24,111 nt of DNA, from NCBI GenBank assembly GCA_044868695.1, contig JBIOWP010000085.1, positions 1-24,111 of the forward strand, written 5' to 3'. A model generated the notes under the pieces. That model searched no databases. It saw only the letters and a program-made list of their open reading frames with translations, and was not told where the DNA came from. The stretch comes from a bacterium. Lineage in GTDB: Bacteria > Sysuimicrobiota > Sysuimicrobiia > Sysuimicrobiales > Kaftiobacteriaceae. Positions 16,337 through 24,111 of this stretch are shown here, piece after piece; position 1 is the first letter of the stretch, and every line of letters begins with the position of its first letter. The position numbers were made by a program, and so were the translations under genes.

Positions 16337-16885
16337 ATGCACGCTCCCAGACATCAGCGATGGCTGCAGGGGCTCGCGGCCCTTGTGAGTCTGCTGGTGC
16401 TGGTCCCGGCGGCGTCCGCTCAGGCCTGGCAGACGTACCGGCATCCCAAGCTCGGATTCTCACTGAACTACCCCGACAGCTGGAGCGTGACCAATGGTCC
16501 CACCGGCGTCGTGTTCATGGCGCTGGGACCCACGCCGTCTGGGGTGCAGGGCCTGCGGCTCAACGTCAACGTCACCTATGAGGAAGTTCCCACGGGCGTG
16601 AGCGTGGAAGAGTACGAGGCGCAGAACGAGACCGGCCTGGGGCTGCTGTTCAACGGCTACCGCCGGCTCCGCACCGACCGCACGATGATCGGGGCGTTTC
16701 CGGCCGTGGTGCGCTATTATACCTGGAAGCGCAACGACGGGGTCGAGCTATACCAGATGCAGCTGGTCACCATCGCCGGCACCCGGGGGTATGTCGTCAC
16801 CGGGACCACGGCGACCTCGTCCAGCAACCTGTCGGATGATGCCAAGCTCCTCGTCAGCATCCTGTTGACCTTCCGGCCGCAGTAA
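16337..16885 (+). CDS. Secreted PsbP/DcrB-like protein, paralog 2 (182 aa)
   Basis: Signal peptide ending ASA-QA; aligns without gaps to the preceding protein (85 of 152 identities by hand count). Confidence 0.78.
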   Translation: MHAPRHQRWLQGLAALVSLLVLVPAASAQAWQTYRHPKLGFSLNYPDSWSVTNGPTGVVFMALGPTPSGVQGLRLNVNVTYEEVPTGVSVEEYEAQNETGLGLLFNGYRRLRTDRTMIGAFPAVVRYYTWKRNDGVELYQMQLVTIAGTRGYVVTGTTATSSSNLSDDAKLLVSILLTFRPQ

Positions 16886-16890
16886 CCTGC

Positions 16891-18180
16891 ATGCCCCATC
16901 GTCCCGTCCGCCCTCAACCGGAGTTCAGAGGTCCCATCTGGGAAGACCGCGCGTCGGATCGCATGGCCGCAGTCGCGGGCGTCGTCCTCACCCTGCTCAC
17001 GGCGATCGAGCTGGCGCTTCCGCCGTCGAACCGGGTGCTCGCCCTGCGCGCAACCCGCCCAGGTGCCGCGGCCATTCTCACCGCGGAAACCGCCGCGGCG
17101 CAGCAGGCCGCGCCGGTCTCGCGCCGCCCGGTGCCTCGCGACGTGCGGGCGGTCTACCTGACGTCATGGAGCGCCGCGACGCCGAGTCGCCTACGCGATA
17201 CCATCACGCTGGCCCACACCACGGAGGTCAACGGCGTCATCATCGACATCAAGGACTACACCGGGACCGTGGTGTTCGGCACCGACAATCCTGTGATCAA
17301 CGCGGTCGGCGCTAGCGAATCCCGTCTCGACCTCACCACGCTCGTGGAGCGGCTGCATCGCGAGCATCTGTACGTCGTCGTCCGGATCGCCGCGTTTCAG
17401 GATCAACATCTGGTGAAAATTCGACCGGACCTGGCGGTCCGGGACGCCGACGGCCGGATCTGGCGGGACCGTAAAGGGGTGGCGTGGGTCGACCCGGCCT
17501 CAGAAGACGTGTGGGCGTACCTGGTCGAGATCGGCCGCGAAGCGGCGCAGGCCGGGGTGGACGAGCTGAACTTTGACTACATCCGCTTCCCGTCTGATGG
17601 AAATCTGGCCGGCCTGCGGTACCCGGTGTACGATGCCGGCAGGGAAAGCCAGCGCCAGGTCATCGGACGGTTCTTCGCATATCTGACGGGGCGCCTGCGG
17701 CCGACCGGCGCCGTGCTCTCTGCGGATCTATTCGGACTGACCACGGTGCGTCCGGACGATCTGGGCATCGGCCAGGTCATCGAAGACGCGCTTTTGTCTT
17801 TCGACTATGTCTCCCCGATGGTCTACCCCTCACACTACGCGCGGGGGTTCATGCGGTTCGCCAATCCGGCGGCACACCCGTACGAGGTGGTGCGCTACTC
17901 GCTGCTGGAAGCGCAGCGCCGCCGCGCCGAGGTCGTGGGGCTGCTGGCGATGATGTCCGCCGGCGACGGGCGCGCCCCAGCCGGCCGCGTCGCCCAGATC
18001 CGGCCGTGGCTGCAGGCGTTCGACCTAGGCGCGCCCTATACGCCTCCGGTCATTCGCGCCCAGATGGACGCGGTGTCCGCCGCCGGGCTCACATCGGGCT
18101 GGTACCTCTGGAATCCCGCGAATCGCTACCAGGCGGCGACCTTCGAGCAGGACCGGCCGGCGGCCGCCAGCGGCCGCTAG
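16891..18180 (+). CDS. Putative glycoside hydrolase, DUF4015 family, N-terminally anchored
   Basis: IIDIKD..G, RIAAFQD, WVDP, ELNFDYIRFPSDG, SADLFG, IGQ, SPMVYPSHY, RPWLQAF, WNPANRY. Start may be the later Met (MAAVAG). Confidence 0.82.
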   Translation: MPHRPVRPQPEFRGPIWEDRASDRMAAVAGVVLTLLTAIELALPPSNRVLALRATRPGAAAILTAETAAAQQAAPVSRRPVPRDVRAVYLTSWSAATPSRLRDTITLAHTTEVNGVIIDIKDYTGTVVFGTDNPVINAVGASESRLDLTTLVERLHREHLYVVVRIAAFQDQHLVKIRPDLAVRDADGRIWRDRKGVAWVDPASEDVWAYLVEIGREAAQAGVDELNFDYIRFPSDGNLAGLRYPVYDAGRESQRQVIGRFFAYLTGRLRPTGAVLSADLFGLTTVRPDDLGIGQVIEDALLSFDYVSPMVYPSHYARGFMRFANPAAHPYEVVRYSLLEAQRRRAEVVGLLAMMSAGDGRAPAGRVAQIRPWLQAFDLGAPYTPPVIRAQMDAVSAAGLTSGWYLWNPANRYQAATFEQDRPAAASGR

Positions 18181-18190
18181 GGAGCGCGGG

Positions 18191-18424
18191 TTAGAACTTC
18201 TTCGGGACTCCGCTCACCTGCGTCCGCACCGGAATCCCGTCCCACTGCGGGGGCACTTTCGTCAGTACCGGGCTCGTGTGTTCCACCACGAGGACGACGA
18301 TCTCATAGCCGCCGGACCCTCCGGTGGTCACCCCGGCGCCGACGAACCCCGGCTCCGAGGCCAGACGCCGCTCCAGCGCGCGTTTGGCCTTCTGCACCCG
18401 CGCCGGCGGACGCGCGGCCATCAT
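18191..18424 (-). CDS. Small protein homologous to the N-terminal (pro-like) domain of the adjacent protease (77 aa)
   Basis: ATG at 18424 after GAGAGGG; colinear motifs AKxxLxxRL, VGxG, VLV and PxxxxGIP...GxxxKF shared with the protease N-terminus. Confidence 0.72.
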   Translation of the reverse strand: MMAARPPARVQKAKRALERRLASEPGFVGAGVTTGGSGGYEIVVLVVEHTSPVLTKVPPQWDGIPVRTQVSGVPKKF

Positions 18425-18437
18425 GTGCGCGTCCCTC

Positions 18438-19454
18438 TCACGGGGCGACCTCCACCCGGAACCGCTGCAGCACCCGCTGGATCGGGATGGCAAACGTGAC
18501 GACCGTGCTTCCCGCAAACAGCAGCCCCACCACACGGCCCTGCCCGTCCACAATCGCCGACCCTGAATCGCCGGGGCGGCTGAACGGCCCGTCCACGTTT
18601 TCGATCACCATCACGTCGTCCACGCGGACCAGACCCTGATCATACACGACGTTGAACACATCGAACTGGACGGCGCGCACGATCCCCTCCGTGATGCCCG
18701 TGGTACGTCCGGACTTCCGGACGAGCAGGTTCAGCGCCGGGTCTCCCGAGCCGGTCGGGGCGCCGATGCCCAGAATCGCCGGATCCACGGCCAGCCCATC
18801 GGTGAACTGCGCGATCGCGGCATCCATGCGGTTGGGGGCGTTCTCGAATTTCAGGGGAACGAAGCGGGCGAGCGACGCCACCCGGTCGGCGGCGCGGCCG
18901 CCGTCCAGCGTTGCCGGCTGCACGACCCCGGCGCCGACGGCGGCCCGGTTCTCATTGGCCAGCACGTGGTTGTTGCTCAACGCGTACAGCGTCCTGCGGT
19001 TCTTCGTGTCGGCCACGACCAGACCCAGCGTGCCCGCGTAGAGGAATCCCACCGCCTCGAACGCCAGGCCGCCGGAGACCCCGCCGGGCACCGGGCGGTG
19101 CCGCTGCTGGTTGGGAAATTGAAACTTGCGGGCGTAGCCGACTCCTTCGATGTCGGTGGGAATGCCCCCGATCGACGCGGGGATGCGGTCGCCGGGACTG
19201 ATCCGTCCCTTGGGATACTTCCGCGCGACCAGCACCTTGACGCACAGCTCGCCGGTCGGACGGTCGGACACGCGCTTCTCACCGATCCCCAGCCCCACCA
19301 GGTTGACCCCGGGCGCGGGCTGATACCGGCGCTTCTTCCGCACGACCACCGCCCGCAGGACGTACCGCTCGATCCGGGGCACCAGCCGGCTGCGCAGCTC
19401 TTCCTTCGCCGCGATCAGGTCGTCCGGCATCCGGCGGATCAGCGGTCGTTTCAT
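18438..19454 (-). CDS. Trypsin-like (PA clan) serine protease, Nal1-like, no signal peptide (338 aa)
   Basis: Triad motifs LSNNHVL, MDAAIA, PGDSGS; also GTLG, VQPA..DGG, KSGRTTGITEG, VVGLLFAG. Start at 19454 (ATGA overlap) or 19430. Confidence 0.88.
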   Translation of the reverse strand: MKRPLIRRMPDDLIAAKEELRSRLVPRIERYVLRAVVVRKKRRYQPAPGVNLVGLGIGEKRVSDRPTGELCVKVLVARKYPKGRISPGDRIPASIGGIPTDIEGVGYARKFQFPNQQRHRPVPGGVSGGLAFEAVGFLYAGTLGLVVADTKNRRTLYALSNNHVLANENRAAVGAGVVQPATLDGGRAADRVASLARFVPLKFENAPNRMDAAIAQFTDGLAVDPAILGIGAPTGSGDPALNLLVRKSGRTTGITEGIVRAVQFDVFNVVYDQGLVRVDDVMVIENVDGPFSRPGDSGSAIVDGQGRVVGLLFAGSTVVTFAIPIQRVLQRFRVEVAP

Positions 19455-19903
19455 GCCGCCATCTTCTTGAACAGCTGAATCTGGCCCAGATGATAGGAGG
19501 TATGCTCCAGCGAGTGCAGGACCACCCAGATCTTGGTCACGCGCCGGCGCTGCTTATCCCAGGGGATCTCGATCTCAGACGCCAGGTCCGCCGCGGTCAT
19601 GGCCCGCAGCACCTCCTGCACCTCCGCGTGGGCCCGGCGCAGGTTCTCGACCAGCGGCGTTTTGGCCGGATGATCTTTGACGAATTCCGAGTCGCGGTTC
19701 CGGTGCACCGGCTGCCCGCCGACGACCTCCCGGATCCAGTACCGTTCCGATCCGGCGACGTGGCGCAGCAGGATCCCGATCGTGTTGGACAGACGCGGGT
19801 GCACCCAGTTGATCTCCGCGTCCCCCAGGGAATCCACCGCCTTGAAGATGTCGGTATGCAGGGACTCCAGCTGCTGGCTGATAGATAGTATCACTGGATC
19901 CAC
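19451..19903 (-). CDS. DinB/YfiT superfamily protein (DUF664/DUF1572-like, 150 aa)
   Basis: GTG at 19903 after GAGGTG; NTIGILLRHVAGSERYW, RNRDSEF, HSLEHTSYHLGQI. Confidence 0.85.
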   Translation of the reverse strand: MDPVILSISQQLESLHTDIFKAVDSLGDAEINWVHPRLSNTIGILLRHVAGSERYWIREVVGGQPVHRNRDSEFVKDHPAKTPLVENLRRAHAEVQEVLRAMTAADLASEIEIPWDKQRRRVTKIWVVLHSLEHTSYHLGQIQLFKKMAA

Positions 19904-19951
19904 GGCGTCACCTCGCCCGACGACGTCTGATTGCATCTTGGAGGGTGCTCG

Positions 19952-20437
19952 ATGAGTCTGAAAGCCGCCCGCGACCGGGTCCCCCGCCGCAGCGTGACCC
20001 TCGAGGCCGGCACGACGTTTGACACCACCTTCGTCTCCGGCCGGCACGCGAACCTGATGGTGGCCGCCCGGCCGCCGGGCTACCACTCGCGGCCGCACGC
20101 CCACGACGCGGAGCAGTTGAACTACGTCCAGGAGGGTGAGGTGTGGTTCTTCGTCGGCGCCAAGGGCTATCATCTCCGCCAGGGCGACTTCTTCCGCGTC
20201 CCGCGGGGCGCGGTGCACTGGATGTGGAACCGGACGGACCGTCCTCTTCTCCTCATCGAAGCCCACGCGCCGTCCATGGTCAACGACCCGCTGTTTTCTT
20301 CTTTCGGGATGCGGCTCTTTGACCCTGGTGAAGACGGCGCCGTCGAGAGCTCCGCGGTCAACGCGATGGTGTCAGACTACGATCCGGCTCCGGTCGAAGC
20401 CAACTACCCTGATCCGAACGGCCCCGGGGAACGCTAG
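19952..20437 (+). CDS. Cupin domain protein (161 aa)
   Basis: ATG at 19952 after GGAGGG; motif 1 PPGYHSRPHAHDAEQLNYVQEG and motif 2 GDFFRVPRGAVH. Confidence 0.88.
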   Translation: MSLKAARDRVPRRSVTLEAGTTFDTTFVSGRHANLMVAARPPGYHSRPHAHDAEQLNYVQEGEVWFFVGAKGYHLRQGDFFRVPRGAVHWMWNRTDRPLLLIEAHAPSMVNDPLFSSFGMRLFDPGEDGAVESSAVNAMVSDYDPAPVEANYPDPNGPGER

Positions 20438-21879
20438 GGCCGGTACCCCAGCAGCGGCCAGTAGAGGAACGCCGCCGCCCATGTGAGCAGCAGCAGGAGG
20501 ATCGACGCGGGGAATCCCGACCGCATGTAGTCTCTGATCGTGTAGTACTCGTAGCCCAGGGTGATCATGCCCGTCGGCGTCTGCGTGGGCAGCAGGAATC
20601 CCGGCCCGGCGGTCAGCACCACGACCATGCCGACCCACACGGGGTTGAGCGTCCAGCCGCGGGCCAGCGTGAAGGCGAGCGGCAGCCCCGCGGCGATCAT
20701 CCCGAGATTGTTGACGAACCCGATGCGCACCAGCATGACCAGCGGCGCGACCATCAACGCGGCGGTCAGCGGCGAGGGCTGGTGGACCAGACGCAGCGTC
20801 GCGTCCGTCAGCCACCGCCCGGCGCCGGAGCGGTCCAGCGCGTCTGCCAGCGCGAGCGCCACGCCGAAGAGGATGATGACGTTCCAGCGCACCGCGGCCA
20901 TCGCCCGCTCCCACGTCAGCAGGCGGATGCCGGGCAGCAGCAGCGCGATCGCGCCGACCATCCCGGCCTGCGGCGTGCTGATGCCCCACCGCGGCCCGGC
21001 GACCCATAGGACAAACATCAACAGGAAAATCAGCAGCATCTTCCGTTCAGCGACCGACAGCGGCCCCATGCGGCGCAGCGCCTCCCGGACGTACGCCGCG
21101 CCTCCGGCGAGTTCGGTCTGCCCGGGCGGAAACACCCACAGCAAGATCCGCCACAGCAGCAGGGCGAAGATGACGACCACGGGGAAGAACGCCGCCATCC
21201 AAGCCGGATACGCCCACCGCACGTCGATGAGCCGCTCAAACGCCCCGGCGGCGTAGACCGTCGCCCCCGCTGCGGTCATCAGTCCGATCCCGGCCATGAT
21301 GGACACGTGGGAGGCGCCGATCAGCATCGACTTCGCAAAAGGAGACGACGGCGGGATGCTGGCGGCGTCGATGATCCCCAGGCACACCGGCAGGATCATC
21401 GAGATCCGGCCCGTCGCGGTGGGCACCATCAACGAGAGCACGACCGCCGATCCCAGCAGCGCGAGGAGCACCGCGGACGGGCGGCCGCCGGCGCGCTGCA
21501 GCAGCGCAAGTGCGATCCGCCGGCCCAGCCCGACGTCGGCCATCGCCTGAGCCAGGATGAAGGTCACGAACAGCAGCCAGACAAACTCGGTGCCGAATCC
21601 GGAGACCGCGTCCGTAAACGGGATGACGCCGAGCAGCGAGATCATCGTGAGGATCAGCAGGCCGGACAGCGACGGATCCTGCACGCCGCTGGCCCAGAAC
21701 AGTACCGCCGACACGAGCGCAGCCAGCGCAAACGCTCCGGGCCGGCTCAACCCGTCCGGGAGCGGCGCGGCCGCGGCGGCCGCAAAGCACAACACTAAAA
21801 CCGCCCAGGGGATCCACGCCCAACGAGGCTGACGCTCTTCCTGTTCTTCTAACGGTGCGCTGTCGAGGGAGGGCATCAC
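20434..21879 (-). CDS. SLC13/DASS family anion (di/tricarboxylate) transporter
   Basis: Polytopic; GLGRRIAL, MVPTATGR, MGPLS..E, WNVIILFG..LAL, FLLPTQTP, GY.Y...DYMR.G. Start GTG 21879 or ATG 21876. Confidence 0.88.
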   Translation of the reverse strand: MMPSLDSAPLEEQEERQPRWAWIPWAVLVLCFAAAAAAPLPDGLSRPGAFALAALVSAVLFWASGVQDPSLSGLLILTMISLLGVIPFTDAVSGFGTEFVWLLFVTFILAQAMADVGLGRRIALALLQRAGGRPSAVLLALLGSAVVLSLMVPTATGRISMILPVCLGIIDAASIPPSSPFAKSMLIGASHVSIMAGIGLMTAAGATVYAAGAFERLIDVRWAYPAWMAAFFPVVVIFALLLWRILLWVFPPGQTELAGGAAYVREALRRMGPLSVAERKMLLIFLLMFVLWVAGPRWGISTPQAGMVGAIALLLPGIRLLTWERAMAAVRWNVIILFGVALALADALDRSGAGRWLTDATLRLVHQPSPLTAALMVAPLVMLVRIGFVNNLGMIAAGLPLAFTLARGWTLNPVWVGMVVVLTAGPGFLLPTQTPTGMITLGYEYYTIRDYMRSGFPASILLLLLTWAAAFLYWPLLGYRP

Positions 21880-22655
21880 ACGGAGCGGACCAGCCCGCCG
21901 TCGACGAGAATGGACTGGCCGGTGAGATAACTGGCGCGGGGGGATGCCAGGAAGACGATGACCGCGGCGACTTCGGCGGGCTCCCCCAACCGGCCCAGCG
22001 GGATGCCGGCGGCGTCGTCCCCGACCGCCGCCTCCGGCGCCGTACCCCGGCGCCGCGCATGATCTTCAAGGCGCCGGCGCCGCCGCTCGGTGAGGATGCG
22101 GCCCGGCGCGACGCTGTTCACGGTGAGGCCGGCGGGGGCCAGCTCGTCGGCCAGGCTGCGCACCAGGTTGGCGAGCGCGGCTTTGGCGGCGTTCGACGGC
22201 GACTGGTGCGGCGTGGGCTGCCGGCCCGACGCCGCGCCCAGCAGCACGATGCGCCCGCCGCGCGGCAAATGAGGCACGGCCAGCCGCACCATCCGCACGG
22301 CGGAAAAGAAGTTCAGCTCGAACGCCGCGTGCCAGCTGGCGTCGTCCAGTTCCATGAACGCGCCGCGGTGCCCGGCGCCGACCGCATGGATCACCGCGTC
22401 CAGCGATCCCAGGACCTCCACCGCCTGCGCCACGGCGCGCGCGGCGTCCGCGGCGTCGGTGACGTCGGCGCGGACGGCGAACCCGACCCCGCCCAACCGG
22501 CCCACCTCCACGGCCGCCGCGGCCAGCTCGGTGGCGTCGCGCGCGACCAGCGCGACCCGCGCGCCTTCCTGGCCGAGCAGCCGGGCGGTCTCCAGCCCGA
22601 TCCCCCGGGTCCCGCCCACCAGCAGCACCGGCCGGTCCCGCAGCGCTAGATCCAT
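21876..22655 (-). CDS. Short-chain dehydrogenase/reductase, atypical (SxxxK in place of YxxxK; 259 aa)
   Basis: GGTRGIG, ADVT, VNSVAPGRILT, PLGRLGEP.EVA, ASYLTGQ..VDGG; the active-site helix reads SNAAK. Confidence 0.92.
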   Translation of the reverse strand: MDLALRDRPVLLVGGTRGIGLETARLLGQEGARVALVARDATELAAAAVEVGRLGGVGFAVRADVTDAADAARAVAQAVEVLGSLDAVIHAVGAGHRGAFMELDDASWHAAFELNFFSAVRMVRLAVPHLPRGGRIVLLGAASGRQPTPHQSPSNAAKAALANLVRSLADELAPAGLTVNSVAPGRILTERRRRRLEDHARRRGTAPEAAVGDDAAGIPLGRLGEPAEVAAVIVFLASPRASYLTGQSILVDGGLVRSV

Positions 22656-22665
22656 CTGGGGGTCC

Positions 22666-23049
22666 TCATCGCGCCGGCCCGGCGTCGAACACCTCCTTGG
22701 CGGCGGCCAGCGCGTCGTGGGTCGCCGGCACCCCCTGGTAGGGCGCCAGCTGCACGATGGTCTCCACGATCTGTTCCTTCGACCATCCCGCGCGCAGCGA
22801 CGCCCGGATATATCCGCGGAGCTGGGCCGTCCGACCCTGCACCGACAGCGCGACCAGCGTGATCAGCACGCGGGTCTTGGTGTCCAGCTGCGGCCGCGTG
22901 TAGAGGTCGCCGAACACACTCTCATAGATCCACCGGGAGAAAAACGGCGCGAGCTCCTGGGTCGCCGGCGTGCCGGGCGGCACCCCAGGCCCCATGATGT
23001 CATCGCGCATCTTGCGGCCACGCGTCAGCCGATCGTCAGTCTCGCTCAC
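22666..23049 (-). CDS. Carboxymuconolactone decarboxylase (CMD) family protein, PcaC-like (127 aa)
   Basis: FGDLYTRPQLDTKTR.LIT...GWSKEQIVE...QLAPY.G.P; no AhpD CxxC; GTG after GGAGGGG. Confidence 0.88.
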   Translation of the reverse strand: MSETDDRLTRGRKMRDDIMGPGVPPGTPATQELAPFFSRWIYESVFGDLYTRPQLDTKTRVLITLVALSVQGRTAQLRGYIRASLRAGWSKEQIVETIVQLAPYQGVPATHDALAAAKEVFDAGPAR

Positions 23050-23064
23050 AGTCCCCTCCGGAGT

Positions 23065-24036
23065 CTATCGTCTTCGCAGCCCCAGCTCGTCAATGATCTT
23101 CGTCAGGCGCGATTCCTCGTCCACGAGGAACCGCCGGAAGTCCGCCGGTCCCAGGTAGAGATCGATCGCGCGGGCGTTCTGATTGAAGCGCTTCCAGGAG
23201 TCCGTGCCGAGCGCCTTCTGAAATGCCACGGCCAGGGCTGCGATGCGCAGTGCGGGGACTCCGGAGGGCGCCAGGACGCTGCGCCACTGCGCAAACACGA
23301 CGTTCCAGCCCTTCTCCTTCAGCGTCGGCACCTGCGGGAAGATCGAGCTGCGCCGCTCGCTCGCCACGGCGAAGGGCGCCATCCGCCCGGCCTGCACGTG
23401 CTGGAAGAACTCTGACACGTTCCCCACGAGCATCTCCGCATTGCCGCCCAGGAACGTCAGGGCTGCGGGCCCGCCGCCCTCGTGCGGGATGTATTCCAGG
23501 TCGATCCCGGCTTCTTTCTCCCAGGACAGGACGACGAAACTGTCGATGCCGCCGATCGCCGATCCCGCGACCCGCACCTTGCGCGGATTCACCTTGGCGA
23601 ACGCCACCAGTTCTTCCAGCGTCTTCCACGGCGCGTCCGGGCGGACCATCAACCACTCCTCTTCCCCGTGGATACGCGCGACCGTATCGTATGCGTCCCA
23701 CTTCAACTGCAGCTGGTTGGTGATGATGGGCGTAATGATCGACGAGCCGGCGTGCGCAAACAACACCGTGTACCCGTCGGACGGGCGGCCGGCGACATAC
23801 GCGTTCGCCGCGGTGCCGCCTGCGCCGGGACGATTCTCCACCACCAGCGGCTGCGGCAGGATGCCCCGGGCGCCCTCAGCGAGCGCGCGGGCAAAGACAT
23901 CGGCGCCGCCGCCGGGCGCAAACCCGACGACGAATGTGATCGGGCGCGCCGGATAATCCGCCGCCCCGGGCTGCGCCGGGGCGGCCGCCATGATCAGGAC
24001 CAGGAACGCCAGTGCGAACACTTTCATCCCCTTCAC
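23065..24036 (-). CDS. Tripartite tricarboxylate transporter substrate-binding protein (TctC/Bug family)
   Basis: Signal peptide; YPARPITFVVGFAPGGGADVFAR, VENRPGAGG, PSDGYT, VPTLKEKG. Start GTG 24036 or ATG 24027. Confidence 0.93.
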   Translation of the reverse strand: MKGMKVFALAFLVLIMAAAPAQPGAADYPARPITFVVGFAPGGGADVFARALAEGARGILPQPLVVENRPGAGGTAANAYVAGRPSDGYTVLFAHAGSSIITPIITNQLQLKWDAYDTVARIHGEEEWLMVRPDAPWKTLEELVAFAKVNPRKVRVAGSAIGGIDSFVVLSWEKEAGIDLEYIPHEGGGPAALTFLGGNAEMLVGNVSEFFQHVQAGRMAPFAVASERRSSIFPQVPTLKEKGWNVVFAQWRSVLAPSGVPALRIAALAVAFQKALGTDSWKRFNQNARAIDLYLGPADFRRFLVDEESRLTKIIDELGLRRR

Positions 24037-24050
24037 CCCCTCGTGTCCTC

Positions 24051-24110
24051 CTACGCTACAGACACCGGGACCGCCGCCGCGGCGCCGGGAGGCTTGCCTG
24101 ACCGCTTGAT
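24051..24110 (-). CDS. Possible C-terminal tail of an upstream gene cut by the window edge (...IKRSGKPPGAAAAVPVSVA*)
   Basis: Open frame ends in TAG at 24053-24051, overlapping AGGAGG before the tctC-like gene; too short to identify. Confidence 0.35.
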   Translation of the reverse strand: MKRSGKPPGAAAAVPVSVA

Positions 24111-24111
24111 G

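Noticed and set aside
12285..19903. Prophage, mobile island or known anti-phage defence system
   Set aside because: No integrase, att-like repeats, phage genes or evident compositional shift, and no complete known defence gene set is recognisable.
19904..20266. N-terminal extension of the 271-aa ORF 19451-20266
   Set aside because: Antisense to the cupin; the DinB domain starts at GTG 19903.
22666..23049. AhpD peroxidase or bona fide pcaC call
   Set aside because: No CxxC motif and no beta-ketoadipate pathway genes nearby; only the family-level call is supported.

Overview
GC-rich (by eye about two-thirds G+C), gene-dense bacterial chromosomal segment with about 27 intact CDSs and no rRNA, tRNA, CRISPR array or transposase. 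Binding proteins have plain signal peptides without a lipobox, which suggests a diderm host. Modules: (1) 192-7663 (-): FadR/GntR regulator with its own TGGTC-N-GACCA operator, a three-subunit ThDP 2-oxoacid:ferredoxin oxidoreductase of the oxalate-oxidoreductase (YPIRP) type with an altered active-site loop, and a tctCBA transporter. (2) 7730-12222 (-): CodA-family deaminase with Ser at the D314 discriminating position (candidate 5-methylcytosine deaminase), an NMT1/THI5-type ABC importer and a DinB protein. (3) 12285-13780 (-): DUF2652 cyclase-like/SRPBCC fusion plus a coupled unknown protein. (4) 13856-18180 (+): probably leaderless pdxA(2), EamA transporter, two tandem PsbP/DcrB-like secreted paralogs and a DUF4015 glycoside hydrolase-like protein. 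(5) 18191-19903 (-): DinB protein, cytoplasmic trypsin-like protease, and a 77-aa protein resembling a free-standing copy of that protease's N-terminal domain. (6) 19952-24036: inverted cupin plus a minus-strand TctC, CMD, Tyr-less SDR and DASS transporter cluster. Bases 1-190 hold an extended -10 promoter followed by nested hairpins. All family calls come from motif recognition and recalled reference sequences; no database searches were run.
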